Program-made: the position numbers and the translations under genes
Shown: one piece after another, positions 13,216 to 26,876 of the stretch
How the letters are laid out: every line of letters starts with the position of its first letter
How positions within the stretch are numbered: the first letter of the stretch is position 1
Notes under the pieces: generated by a model
Databases searched by the model: none
The model's input: the letters and a program-made list of their open reading frames with translations, nothing else
What the model was told of the DNA's origin: nothing
Assembly (NCBI GenBank): GCA_951406725.2
Contig: OX597825.1
Location: 34,224,001-34,288,000, forward strand
DNA length: 64,000 nt
Direction: 5' to 3'
Source of the DNA: Octopus vulgaris
Lineage: Eukaryota

Positions 13216-13551
13216 AGAGAGTGAGAGAGGAAGAAAGAGTGAATGGGAAGGAGAGAGAGATGACTGTGTTCCACATTAGAAGGAGATATCTTTATATCCT
13301 TATATTTATGTACCTGTTTCATTACCTGGATTGAAAGTAACGTAAGAAAGTAGTCAAAGAGCTTGATACTAATATGTTATTACCTGAATTGAAAACAGGA
13401 ACTTTTAAGTAACATGATAATGCAGCAAAATCACGCACATTCACACACACACGCGCGCATTACGCACACACACAGCCACACTTATATGTACACACAGCCA
13501 CATACACACAAACACATAGATTAAAAATGAGAATTCTATCCAAATACTTAC

Positions 13552-13808
13552 AGTTTCCAATCTCCAACCAGCTGTAAATGCTTTAAAGAAATTTTTCACC
13601 CTTTCATTTAATTTTAATTCTGTTACTGGATCAATTTGAGGAGTGCAAAAATCAAAGCTTGGTTGAGATCCCCTTTCACATTTATATGCACAAGATAACG
13701 TATTTGAGAAAACACGTGTTTCATCATTGATTAATTGAACATTGAAATAATTTGAGGTTCCAGACCAAAGTTTGCTTGAAATATAAAATTTGATTCTCCA
13801 GCAGTAAT
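13552..13808 (-). CDS. Internal exon encoding most of a PLAT/LH2-like domain (gene B)
   Basis: Acceptor gtttcgtttcag and donor gtaagt. The 257 nt are stop-free (phase 1 to 0): YCWRIKFYISSKLWSGTSNYFNVQLINDETRVFSNTLSCAYKCERGSQPSFDFCTPQIDPVTELKLNERVKNFFKAFTAGWRLET, with PLAT-like GT, ERG..F and W.LE motifs. Confidence 0.75.
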
Positions 13809-13884
13809 CTGAAACGAAACACCATAAGATAATGTTTATTACATAGATTGACTGTTTGTAATAATACTGTTTGTATACATTTTA

Positions 13885-14235
13885 TATTTTACTTCTTTCA
13901 GTCATTGAACTACGGCCATGCTAGGGCACCATCTCGAAGGATTTTAGTCAAACGAATCGACTCCAGTACTTATTGCTTAAAACCTGGTACTTATTTAATC
14001 AATCTCTTTTGCCAAACTGCTACATTACAGGAATGTGAAAAAACCAACACTGGTGGTGAAGTAGTGGTGGTAGGGCAAACACAAACGCAAAGACACACAC
14101 AGACATATACACGCACGCATGCACACACACACATACATATAGGATAAGCTTCTTTGAGATTTTGTCTGTTAAATCTACTCACAAAGCTTTGGTTGCTCTG
14201 GGGCTATAGCAAAAGGTATTTGCCCTAAGTGTCAA
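13885..14235 (-). mobile_element. SINE family B copy
   Basis: Similar to the reverse complement of 46888-47285, with a central (CA)n tract. Confidence 0.7.
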
Positions 14236-16645
14236 GCTGTAGGATTGAACGAGGAGCACATTGGACAAGTGTCTTCTGTTATAACCCCAAATTGACGAAA
14301 GCATTGTGAGTGGATTTGGTAGAGAGAACCTGAAAATAGCTCATTGTATATTTGTACGAATCTCCATTGACAGTCTATTGGTGTCAAATAAAGTGTTAAA
14401 TACCTACAGCTTACAAATGAATAGCTCCAGTTCTCTGAAGCTAATGGATCTGTCGTGTATAAAAACAGATTGTCTACTCATTTCTCTGGGATTGGTCAAG
14501 TGATGTAGACACTTGTGATGAGAATCCAATAAGGTTCGAAAATGGATTAAAGCTGTTTGTCATTCTTTTTCAATCTCCGAAATATGGATAAATTAACACT
14601 GTTTATATGTATACTACGTAGGTTACACCCCCATCACGTACATATTTATACGTCTGAATGGACAAAAGTAAGAAAGAGTTATTCAACACATTTCCTAGGA
14701 GTACATATATTGGTATTTAATAACACTCTGATTCAGCTCAACACAACTTGAAGTTTCGAAGGCACTTCACGCGAACCTAGCTCTTCAGGTTTAGGAGACT
14801 GAATGGAGAGATGGAAGAAATGCAACATGATTACTGAAGATTGGGCACATATTGGTCAAGGTGGGTCACATGGTGTTCTCGCCATAAGTACCGAACAATT
14901 AGTAACATCAAATACATCAACTAGAAGCCTCAATTCCGTATTTCTTGTACCACATAGTTGGATAGAATGTTTGTGGCACGTCGGTGGGTGATGTGGGTGA
15001 GAATCTTAAGTGAAAAGAAGTGGTGGTACACTTGCACTCGTGCATGTGAGTTGGAGTATGCCTGCTTTATGAGTGCGTGAGTTTATGCATTTGGTACATA
15101 TGTAAATGTGTGTGTGGCGAGTATGTCTGCTGCATTAGTGTGAGTGTACACATTTCATGCGTATGTGTGTGTGAGTGCATGCATGTGTGCGTTTGAGCAT
15201 TTTTTGTGTATGTTCTAGTACGAGCATACATGAGATCAGCGTGTGAGCATGTGTGTGTACGGATGTAAAGGCGCATTTTGTTAGGTGACATGTAATGGTA
15301 ACAGCAGCTATACGTGACTAGGTCTGACCTGGGATAAAGATTCGATGATAGTTGGGGAAAGGAAAATGGTAAGGAAAGAAAGGAAAGCGTGTGTGTGTGT
15401 GTGTAGGCATGTACTTGCATACACATGCAAAAACAATCGTGGGAGATTACAGAAAATACATAGGGTTGGAAAGTTAGTCTATGGTCTGAGCAGGTAGCAG
15501 AGTTTAAGTACCCAGTGCTAAATTATGGGGCAGCCAGTACTAAGTTGGTATACTCGGGTCGTCAGCTTAAAGTTCCCTATGAGGGCACACCTCTAATGGC
15601 TGCAATGAGATAATTTGTTTATCCTGTTGTGGATACTGAAGGTTCATGGAGAATATGTAAATTTCATAGAGACAGAGCTGGGGCTCTTTCATGCTAGTGC
15701 ATTCAGGTAGGTGGAAAGTCTCCAGTTGAAGCCAGGTAAGGAGGGTTTTTTTCTATCTCTGCATCTGACGGAATGTATATACTGTGTATACCGTCTCTTG
15801 GAAGTCATAGGTCATCATGTCCATGTTTTGCTTGCAGTGCCATTGAATAGTGTGAAGAAGGCTCATTAGCCCAGAGTTCTTGAGAGCCATATATATTCAT
15901 ATATATATGTGGGGGGTGAATGGTTGGATGGATGTATATATATATATATATATATATGATAATATTTTGGTGGGTCTACAAATGTTTGTCAGTACCCATC
16001 ACCTCTCCATGCATTGAGTCCCACACTAAGTTTAGCCTACTAGCAGACACACTTATCAAGTTGTGGCCAACTATGGTCTCAGCAACAATAGTGAGAGTCA
16101 GATGAGAACCAATGTACCAGTTCATACCTAATGATGCTGCTACCAAAAACCAAGGTATTCTTCCTACTTGAGTGCTTCAGGTGGCTGCTGTGCATCCTGT
16201 ACAGAGAACACAAGACAAACAACTTTGTCAGGCAGCAAGTCAATGGATATGCTGGCAGATAGGATCCTCTCTTCGTGCAGGTAAAAAAGTGAAAGCTTGT
16301 CTGGTTCAGCCATGCATCCTGCCACAACTCCCTGTCCAAAACCACTTTTCAGAGCACAATTGAGGAAGGATGAAAAAGAAGTAAAGATAGAAAATTCTGA
16401 CCTGACAGCTTCAAGAACTAGGCAGGTTACAATTCATGACCCTGCCAAGAATAACTGAGAAGATGGAGCAGTGGGAACAGCTGACTACATTAACTTCAGA
16501 ATCACTGGTAAAGCCTTTGATGTAATAGCCTTCAGTGCAACATTGAAGACTTTCCAGCACTTTGTATGTACATACATGCATGCATCCATCCATCCTTACA
16601 AGCATACATACATATATACATACACACACACACACATACATACAT

Positions 16646-16676
<31 letters not shown>

Positions 16677-16829
16677 TACATACATACATTCATACATACA
16701 TACACACACACACACATACATACATACATACACATACATACACACACACACACACATACATACACACACACACACATACATACATACATACATACATACA
16801 TACACACACACATATATACATACATACAT

Positions 16830-19024
16830 GATGGCCGTCCACTCGTGACCGAGGAAGACCATTGCCGAACTTCAGGAACATTGTGCGCTCTGGACTAACT
16901 TATATTTTGCATTTGCGGCTCCGTTGGTGGCTAATGAGCCCTGCTCTTGACAAGCATACATGACTGCAAACATTGCAGACCAAGCTTTTCCCATTCACTA
17001 TACGAGCCGTGCGCTTTCGCGCAGCTCGCTTAAGTTCTTCATGCTGGATACATGCTCTCTCAAAGGTGTCGGTCCCTTCCTTAACCTGCTTCCTCCATCT
17101 GTGGCGATGACAGGCATTGTTCTCCCAGTCAGTGTCCTGCATATCAAAGGCCTTTAACGAGGACTTGACACAGTCCTTAAATCGCAGCCTTGGTTTCTGC
17201 CGGAATCTCCTTCCATTCACAAGTTCTCCATAGAGCATCTGCTTAGGATTCCTTCTATCCTCCATTCTAATAAGGTGTCCAGTCCAACGCAACCTGTGCT
17301 TGTGTACCACCGCCTCAATACTCAAGATATCAGCTGTCCTCAGGATCTGTGTGTCTGGAATTTTTGAGGTCCAGCCGACATTGAGAATGTGTCTGAGACA
17401 TCTCTGATGAAAACGTTCAAGGACCCTGACCTGACGTTTGTATAGAGTCCATGTCTCACATGAGTAGAGAAGTGATGTCAGTACACAAGCACAGTACACA
17501 GCAACTTTTGTTCTCCTTGCGATGCCATGTTGGGACCAGACACGAGACTGAAGAGACCGGAAGGAATTAGTTGCTCTCTGCAACCTGAAAGATATTTCCT
17601 CATCCAGGGAGCAAGAACGGCTGAGTGTGCTGCCCAGGTAGACAAACTTGTTTACTACCTTCAGAATCGTTCCTTCAACCAAGATAGCTGGTTCTATATA
17701 TGGATTTCCTGGTGCAGGCTGGAACATTACAACAGTCTTGTCCAGGCTAATGCTGAGTCCAAATGCCCTGCAAGAAGCAGAAATGCAATTCATGAGTACT
17801 TGCATGTCATCCACTGTATGAGTGACTAAGTCACAGTCATCTGCATAAAGGAGGTGACGAATAATAGACTGGGAAACCTTTGAATTGGCAGCAAATCGGC
17901 GAAGATTAAAGAGGCAGCCAGAAGATCGATATCTGACATATATTCCCAGAGAGCTAACCTTAGCAAAAGCATGAGTAAAGGTAGCAGCAAAGTACAAAGA
18001 AAAGAGAGTTGGGGCAAGGATGTCACCCTGCTTAACACCATTCTCTACAGGAATGGCTCCTGCCATGGCACCACCAACATTGACCCAAGCCTCCATCCCA
18101 TCATGAAATGATTTAATTATTGATACAAAGTGATCCGGACATCCAAGTTTGCCAAGTATTTTCCATAGAAAGGCCCTATTTACAGTATCAAAGGCCTTAG
18201 TTAAATCAATGAATACCTGGACAAGATCCATATTCTGCTCATAGCACTTCTCCTGCATCTGTCTTGCTGTGAAAATCATATCCATTGTCCCTCTACCAGA
18301 TCGGAAGCCACATTGAGATTCAGATAGGACTTCATTTATGAGACATCCATTCAGACAGGTAAGAAGAATATTTGCCAGAACCTTGCCAGCCGCTGATAGT
18401 AGAGCAATACCTCTGTAGTTACCACACATTGTTCTGGCTCCTTTTCCTTTATAAAGGGACTTCATGAAGGGACTTTGTGATGCAATTACCACCAAATCGC
18501 AAGACCTCAGCACAAATTCCATCCTTTCCAGGTGCCCTACCAAGATTCAATTTACTTATTGATGTCATTACTTCATGTATTGATGGCGAGGAGTCTAAGG
18601 AGTCAATGATAGGTCTTTGTTTCATAGTATCAATCACTGTTTCATCCACAACTGACTCATTGTTTAGGAGTTCAGAGAAGTGTTCGATCCAGCGACCTGT
18701 GATTTCTGTTGATTTAGTAAACATAGTGGAAGACTCCTTGGAAAGCAAAGGAGCTGATGTGGAGCTCTTAGGTCCATAAGCTCGCTTCATAAGATGGTAA
18801 AGCTTCTTGCTGTCATTTGCATCAGCAGCAGCCTGAGCATCACGAGCAAGATCCTCCCACCAAGTGTTCTGCATCTTCCTGAGAGATCGCTGCAGTAGTG
18901 ATTTTACACTGTTATAGTGGGCAAGTGCTAGACTTCGCTGCACAGTAGACAGTTCACTGTGCAGCAACACACTGTGGGCATGGCGCTTCACCACTAATAG
19001 TCGTTGAATTTCAGCATCATTCTC
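16830..19024 (-). mobile_element. RTE (BovB-like) LINE, 5'-truncated, RT largely intact
   Basis: ORFs 18449-19024 and 16900-18543: APGKDGI, NYRGIALLS, QCGFRSGRGT, FIDLTKAFD, GVKQGDILAP, YADD and a C-terminal CxxC...H finger. One frameshifting deletion near 18460. Flanked on both sides by (CATA)n/(CA)n. Confidence 0.92.
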
Positions 19025-19034
19025 ATACATACAT

Positions 19035-19065
<31 letters not shown>

Positions 19066-19074
19066 TACACACAC

Positions 19075-19145
<71 letters not shown>

Positions 19146-19158
19146 TACACACACACAC

Positions 19159-19189
<31 letters not shown>

Positions 19190-19399
19190 TACATACATAC
19201 ATACATACACACACATACACACACATACATACATACATACATACATACATACATACATACATACATACATACATACATACATACATACATACATACATTC
19301 TAAGCCTCAAGCAAATGATAGTATTATTCTGCTGGATTAGATATTCAAATAGAGTTATGACTGGAAATAAAATTCATATTTCAATCTAAGATAAATAAG

Positions 19400-19612
19400 A
19401 AGGTGGCGAGCTGGCAGAAACGTTAGCACGCCGGGCAAAATGCTTAGCAGTATTTCGTCTTTCTTTACATTCTGAGTTTAAATGCCACCAAGGTCGACTT
19501 TGCTTTTATCCTTTCAGGGTCAATAAATTAAGTACCAATTATATACTGGGGTCGATCTAATCAACTGACCCCCTCCCCAAAACTTCAGGCCTTGTGCCTA
19601 GGCTAGAAAAGA
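19400..19612 (+). mobile_element. SINE family A copy with target-site duplication
   Basis: ggcgagctggcagaaacgttagcacg head and tttatcctttcagggtcaataaattaagtacc core. TSD aatctaagataaataag on both sides. Confidence 0.85.
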
Positions 19613-20789
19613 ATCTAAGATAAATAAGGTGTTAAATATTGACTAATTAATATTCTTTGGTAAAATCTTGACAAATCTAGTATTTTTCTTCAAAGTTGTC
19701 ATAGGCACAATTTGATTCACAGCCATGATGTTAGTTTATTTACATATAATTCCTCCTGGTTGCTAAGTGAGGTGAACCATCTGTAGTACCCTAGTTGTAC
19801 AATATTATCTAGTTGATATTAAAAGGATTTAATAAGCTAGCAGAAAATATGCACACATGCACGTGAACACATGCATGCATGCACACACACACTCACACAC
19901 ACGTGCACGCACGCACACACACACACACAGATTTCATCATTGTCATCATCATCATCTTTTAACATCAATCTTCCATGCTGGCAAGGGTTGGATGGTTTGA
20001 GAGAATCTGATGTGTCAGAGGACCGCTTTCTGCTTCAAAGTCTGCTTTTGCATGTCTGAAGGCCCTTACTTCTCTCAACCACTTTCCAAAGTGCACTGGA
20101 TGCTTTTTCATTGCACCAGAGCCCTTGCATTTGCTATGTGGACTACAAGACTAAGATCTTCATAGGCTGAATTGAACTACAGTAGAAAATGAGGCAGTTC
20201 TATACTAAGTAAGAAAACATTTGAGTACAACAGAGGGGATTGGAACAGGTTTCTTGCTGTTAAGGAGATACAAATCTGTTCACATTATACAAGAGTTAGA
20301 AGGTGGTAAGCAAAACAGAATTGTTTGCATGCAGGACAAAATGCTTAGTGGTATTTTGATTGTTTTTATGATCTGATTTCAAATTTAGCAGAAGCAGACT
20401 TTACTTTTCAAGGGTCAATGAAATAAGTACTAGTTAAGCATTGAGGGCTGATCTAATAGATTTGTTCCAACCCCTAAAATTTCAGGCTCTGTGCCTTTGG
20501 TAGAAAGGATCATAGAAGAGTGGGTGAAAGTAATTAAGGTGGATCTAGAAAAAGAGATAAAAACAGTGGTAACAAGGTGTCAGGTTGGGCTCTGGAGTGA
20601 GAAGATCAAGAAGAGTGGGCAGATAGCAATTGTGAGAGGGAGAGAGAGGGGGCGAGGGAAGAGAAACAGACAGAGAGAGTTGGGATGCCTTTAATTCTTT
20701 TCTAAGACTGAATTAGATAGCAGAAACGTTTCTAGAATACATGTGATACTGCTACATAACATTTGCTTTTTTTGATGTTCTATTCATTG

Positions 20790-21135
20790 AATACACAGGA
20801 CGTTAAGGATAAGAGAGCATCATGGACATGGCTTGAGTGAGGTGATTTGAAGCATATCACTGAAAACCTGATCATTGCTGCACAAGACCAGGCTCTCGCT
20901 ACCAATTCAGTGAAGTATAACATCTATAAAACTTCTGACACACAGAAATGCAGATTCTGTGGAAAGAGTGTGGGAAATGGGACCCACTTGGTAAGTGGAT
21001 GTGAGAGCCTTACACAAAAAGAATACAAGCGTCACCATGATAAAGTATGTGTGTATCTTCATTGGCTCTTATGCCATAAATATCAATATGAAGTAATGGA
21101 GAACTGGTATCAGCGTGTACCAAGTAAAGTTATTT
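20790..21135 (+). repeat. Duplicate of R4/Dong LINE segment 22610-22950
   Basis: Near-identical DNA and translation (KHITENLIIAAQDQAL...CRFCGK...HLVSGC...RHHDKV). Confidence 0.9.
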
Positions 21136-21541
21136 GTTTGGGGCTGATAAGAGAAAATTACTAGTCTAGTTTAGGAGATGGCATAATTTTTTCAGAATTG
21201 GATGTTCTGCCTTGATGTATCTGTTGCAGCACTGTGCATTCTACACTCAATTTGTACCTCATCACAGAAAAATGGTGATACTTTGGTCAGGATCTGTGAC
21301 CAATAGATAGTAACGGCAATTTTGGGAAAAACAACGGAAATGCAATTTCCTGAATTTGTTTTTACCATATGTTTATTAATATTTTGCTAAGACTGATGTA
21401 GATGGTGATACAAGATTACAGAAATGAATAACATTTAATTCAGTAGCACACTACAAATATTCTTAAAGCATATATTATTCTGATATGTACTTTTTGATAT
21501 TGGTTCAGGCTGTAATTGTGAATTCAATATGATGGTCTTAC

Positions 21542-21556
21542 TCTGACCCACAGAAC
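21542..21556 (-). CDS. Putative 15-nt micro-exon (S-S-V-G-Q-N junction) of gene B
   Basis: cttattttcttttag|GTTCTGTGGGTCAGA|gtaaga. Phase 1-1, and it completes the signal-peptide cleavage site in frame. Confidence 0.5.
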
Positions 21557-21659
21557 CTAAAAGAAAATAAGTGTCAGAAATTGGAGAAAAAACTTCAATT
21601 CATTTGATGAAAAATTAATATTAGTCCAAAGATTTTCTGAATATTAATCTTACCTTTCA

Positions 21660-23130
21660 TATCAATGGCTGTTATTAACTACTAATGTGCATGAAAGACT
21701 AGCAGCCCAATTGAATGAGTGTATCCAGAAAGGTGCAGGCCCTACATGGACGGTGAATGGGAGGACAAGACTTATAATGAAAGATAGAAGAAAGGGGAAT
21801 ATTGTGGGCCTCTACCATCCCATAGAATTCCTAAACATCATCTGCAAGATACTCACTGGAATATGTGCAGCAGAGACATACGCTTTCCTGGCATAGGAAG
21901 AAATACTACCAAGGAAAGAAAAAGGATGTAGGAAGAGTTCTCAGGGTACCAAGGATCACCTGGTCATCAATAAAACAGTTTTGATGCATTGTAAAAAACA
22001 TCATACAAAGATGTCTGTGGCTTGGATTTGACTTTAAGAAGGCATATGATATGATGCCTCCTCATTCTGGGATCGTTGAATGTCTGCTGGTGTTTGATGT
22101 TGTCAGCAACATCACAAATTTTCTGATGCATAGCATGAAAGACTGGAAAACCAAATTGTACTCAAGTAAAGTACTCCTTGGAGAAGTTACTAGTAAAAAA
22201 GGCATCTTCCAAGGTGACTTGTTATCTCCATTACTATTTGTAATTGCACTAATACCCATAACAATGACACTTAGGAAAGTTAATATGGGTTACCAATGTA
22301 GGAAGAAAAGCACATCAATAAATCATCTTCTGTTTATGAATGACCTGAAATTGTTTGGGAAATCTAAAAAAACAGACAGATTACTTAACAAAAGTAGTCC
22401 AGGAGTGTGGTAGGGACATTGGTGTGGAATTTGGGATTACCAAATGCTCAGTACTTAATATGAAATGTGGGAAGAAAGCAGCCTGCAGAGGATTGTGGTT
22501 AGCATCAGGAGAGATCATGGGTGAACCCAACGGTAGCGGGGATAGATATTTAGGGATTTTGGAACTGGATGACATTCTTGAAATGAGAATGCATAGACAG
22601 TTTGAATGGAATACACAGGACGTTAAGGATAATAGAGCATCATGGGCATGGCTTGAGTGAGGCAATTTGAAGCATATCACTGAAAACCTGATCATTGCTG
22701 CACAAGACCAGGCTCTCGCTACCAATTCAGTGAAGTACAACATCTATAAAACTTCTGACACACAGAAATACAGATTCTGTGGAAAGAGTGTGGGAAATGG
22801 GACCTACTTGGTAAGTGGATGTGAGAGCCTTACACAAAAAGAATACAAGCGTCACCATGATAAAATGTGTGTGTATCTTCATTGGCTCTCATGCCATAAA
22901 TATCAATATGAAATAATGGAGAACTGGTCTCAGCGTGTACCAAGTAAAGTTATGCAATAGGATGGAAAAGTAACGATACTCTGGATCTATGATTTTCAGA
23001 TGGATCATGTAATTGAACACTGTCGGCTGGATGTTGTCATATTGAATAAGAGAGACAAATACTGTCAGATCATTGATTTATCCAGACCCATTGACATGAA
23101 TGTTGTGAGTAAAGAGGTTGAAAAATCGCC
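21660..23130 (+). mobile_element. R4/Dong-clade LINE remnant (RT, CCHC finger, REL endonuclease)
   Basis: DFKKAYD, GIFQGDLLSPLLF, HLLFMNDLK, AAQDQAL, RHHDK and a downstream PD-like region. Frameshifted. Confidence 0.85.
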
Positions 23131-23139
23131 AAATTCTCT

Positions 23140-24535
23140 GAACTGAAAGTGGAAATGGCAAGGCCAGCTCTGAGGCAGCTAAAAGGGAAGTTAACAAGCA
23201 GGTATACATAGGGAAAATTGTGATGTTGTTGGGAAAAAGAGTGTTCACATGGATGATGATTGAATCGTAATTAGTGACACTGCAAAACAAGAGGCTTGGA
23301 AGTGCCATTATGAAAGGCTACTAAATGTAATGAACTCATGGGTGAAGGAAAGTCTGCCTACCAATCAGAATAGACAGTAGCATGGTAGATAAAGCCATGA
23401 AGACTAGGAAAGCACCCAAACTATCAGGAATCACTGCTGAGATGTTTAAAATACCTGACAGTGTTGGTTATGGTCTAGTTACTCAGGTTATACCTGAGGA
23501 AGTTATACCAAATGACTGGTATAGCAACACCATTGTCAGCTGCTCAAAGGTAAAGGCAACAGCTTAGACAGAAACAATTACAGAGGTATCAAATTGTTAC
23601 ATCAGGTAATGAAAGTTATAGAGAGGGTTGTAGCCCAACTAATTAGGAAGAGAGTTAGTCTAAATGAGACACAGTTTGGTTTTGTGCCAGGGAGAAGCAC
23701 CACCTGAGCTATATTTCTGGTAAAGAAGCTGTAGGAGAAATACTGAGCCAAAAATATACCTCTCTACTTGGTTTTTGTTGATATGGAGAAAGCCTTTGAC
23801 AGGGTCTCCCACTCTCTTATCTGGTGGTCAATGTGGAGTAATTAGAGCTGTACAAGCCATGTACAGAGAGGCTCTCAGTAAGGTGAGAGTTGGCAACAAT
23901 TACTATGATGAATTCAGGGTATGAGTAAGGGTTCACCAATGATCAATCCACAGCTCCCTCTTGTTCTTCATAGCCCTCCAGGCAATAACAGAGGAATTTA
24001 AGTCGGGCTGTCCCTGGGAGCTCCTCTGTACTGATGACCTTATTCTTATTGCGAAATCACTACCAGAACTAGAGAAGAAATTTCAGGTGTGGAAGCAAAT
24101 CTAGAATCAAAGTGATATGCTGTGCTTGAGAAGATTCATCAAGCCAAGTGAAATAGTAGTTGTGGCCAATGCCAGTGTCACATAACTGGCACATAAAATG
24201 CACGTGGAATGCATATCTGAATGTTGGGCCTCATGGCGGCAATGACAGGTGACTGAGACCTTTGGTAATTTGCTGTGCATGAGAAAACTCATCAAACCAA
24301 ATGAAATCAGAGTTTTGACTGATGCAAGTATCACGTAACTGGGACCCATACCAGTGATATATAAAAGGCACCCAGTATACTTTATGGAGTGGTTGGTGTT
24401 ATGAAGGGCATCCAGCCTTAGAAACCATGCCATGACTAGAACTTAGTGCAGCTCTCCAGCTTACCAGTTTCAGTCAAACTGTCTAACCCATGCTAGCATG
24501 GAAAGCAGACTCTAAATGATGATGATGATGTGATG
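23140..24535 (+). mobile_element. RTE LINE remnant, same family as 6365-9795
   Basis: Colinear with ~7500-8600 and the 9600-9790 3' UTR, with a (GAT)n tail. Confidence 0.8.
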
Positions 24536-24560
24536 ATACAGACATACACACACACAGACA

Positions 24561-24768
24561 CATGAGGAAGTGCTGAAAAGTTTCTGGCTTTGGGTAAGAG
24601 AAAATACAGGAGGATAAGTTAACTAAAATTTTATTCAAAATATTCCCCTTTCATGCAATGGTCCTTCAGTTTTTCTAAGCCCTGCAAAAGACTTTTTAAG
24701 TTTGGGCCTCCAACCAGGCTTTTCAGGATAGCCTTAATGCCAGGACTTTTCAGCACTCCACCTCATAT
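24561..24768. mobile_element. mariner-type MITE
   Basis: TIRs catgaggaagtgctgaaaagtttctggc / gccaggacttttcagcactccacctcata. Confidence 0.6.
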
Positions 24769-25376
24769 ATACCCTATTTTAACATGTATAAGGAACCCTT
24801 TTGATTTCAAAAATTAGGTTAAAAAATATGGGAGTTTCTTATATATGGATAGTATTACAATCTCTTACAAAACCATTTTATCCAAATTTTAAGCCCCAAA
24901 AATTAGGGAGTTCCTTATAAAATATGGTATATTGATTTGTGAATCTGATTTTCTGTTTGTATTTGTCCCTTACAACTAGTGTTGGTTTGTTTACATAACC
25001 ATGACTTAGCGATTCAGCAAAAGAGGCTGATAGAATGAATACCAGGTTTAAAAAAGTATGTGTTCTGGTTGATTTCTTTGACAGTGCCCCAGCATGGCCA
25101 CAGTCCAATGACTTAAAAGAGTAAAAGGTAAAAACACTCATTTATATTTTGTTTCATTTTACACACAAACTCACACACACATATATGCATGTGTGTATGC
25201 ATACACGCACACACACATGCCCGCAAACACACATACATGCACAATTATGATAATGCAACTGAAATATAAGAATGTAACATTATGTAAAACAGAAATGAAT
25301 CGATGTCTGTGTTTTGATGAGATGAAAATTAATAGTTCAAGAATTCATGAAAGAAGTTATAAGTTAGAATACTTAC

Positions 25377-25422
25377 TATAAACTATTTGCAGGAGAGAAA
25401 GTAAAATGAAAATGCGATTCAT
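25377..25422 (-). CDS. First coding exon of gene B: signal peptide MNRIFILLSLLQIVY
   Basis: Acceptor tttactttcag 3 nt before the ATG, and donor gtaagt in phase 1. Basic-then-hydrophobic signal-peptide pattern, in frame with the 21542-21556 and 13552-13808 exons. Confidence 0.6.
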
Positions 25423-25546
25423 AATCTGAAAGTAAACAAAATATTTGAATGACTTTTTGGAAATAGAGAAAATATATCACACTTTATTGAAAGTCAGAAC
25501 AGTTACACTCAGTACTCAAAATTTCCCATTACAAATATGTGTACCT

Positions 25547-25763
25547 TTTCTTTGCTACTCTAGACACAAGGCCCAAAATGTTTAGGGAGGGAGCAAGTCG
25601 AATAGATCGACCCCAGTACACAAAACTGGTACTTAATTCATCTACCCCGAAAGGGTGTAAGGCAAAGTCGAACTCAGCAGAATTTGAACTCAGAATGTAA
25701 AGGCAGGTGAAATACCACTAAGCATTTCGCCCGGCATGATAACGCTTCTGCCAGTTCACCGTC
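25547..25763 (-). mobile_element. SINE family A copy with TSD
   Basis: TSD ttacaaatatgtgtacct on both sides. Confidence 0.85.
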
Positions 25764-25914
25764 TTACAAATATGTGTACCTGTGTGCTATTGAAAGTGAT
25801 TGTCTGACCTGGTAGAAATAGCAGTCAAGTCTCTCTTAACTCTAACTATACCATCTTAAAACAGGAAGAGCACATTGAATAATGTTGTTTTAGGTACACT
25901 ATGGAATTTTAAAA

Positions 25915-26300
25915 TTTTATTCTTTTACTTGTTTCAGTTATTTGACTCCAGGCATACCAGACCACTGCCTTGAAGGGTTTTAGTCGGACAAATCAACCCA
26001 TGGCCTTATTTTTTTAAGCCTAGTATTTATTTATTCTATTGGGTCCTTTTGCTGAACTACTAAGTTATGAGGATCTAAACACACCAACACCATTTGTCAA
26101 GCAAAGATGGCGGGGGGGGGGGGGACAAACACAGACACACACACATATACAACAAGCTTCTTTCAGTTTCCATCTACCAAAGGCTTTATTAGCCTGAGGT
26201 TATAGTAGAAGACACTTGTCCAAGGTGGAATACAGTGGGACTGAACCTGGAACCATGTGGTTAGGAAGCAGGTTTCTTAACATGCAGCCATGCCCGTGCC
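25915..26300 (-). mobile_element. SINE family B copy
   Basis: Similar to the reverse complement of 46888-47285. Confidence 0.75.
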
Positions 26301-26825
26301 TGTAGTCATTAATGGGATACCTTTGATGACGGGTTTGCACAGTCATTACCTAACTGAAGTAAATAGCAACGACATGTGTATCAACAGTAGACACACACAA
26401 ACATGCACACACACACACAAACAAGCACACACACCCACATCCACACACACACACACACACACGTACGCATGCACACACACACATGCTTGTGTACGCACAC
26501 ATACATTCATCCCTATGGCACTCCTGTCGTCCTACTCACATGTTTCTTCAGCTCTTATCACCTTTGTTATATCTTATCTGTATCATCACATCATCATCAT
26601 CACACTCACCTGACCCTGCCTTAAGAACTATGCTCAGTCCTTCTTTCTCTTGACCATTGGCCTTTCAGGAATCTTCTTCGGCTTATATTTTCCTTGTGGT
26701 GCAACTGTTTCAAAGGAACATTAGCAACAAAATGCTCTTCAGTCTTGGAGGATCTGTTTAGTCGTGGGTGCTATCTTTGTCTTTAGCCAATAAAATATAA
26801 ATTAATCAAACTTGCTTCTTGTTGC

Positions 26826-26876
<51 letters not shown>

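Noticed and set aside
13314-13325. Possible 12-nt micro-exon (ccag|GTAATGAAACAG|gtac) after the PLAT-like exon
   Set aside because: The donor is weak, there is no identifiable downstream partner, and it cannot be supported without RNA data.
19744-19808. Candidate extra exon (NIVQLGYYRWFTSLSNQEELY) in gene B
   Set aside because: It ends in phase 0, which is incompatible with the phase-1 start of the 13808 exon, and its polypyrimidine tract is poor.
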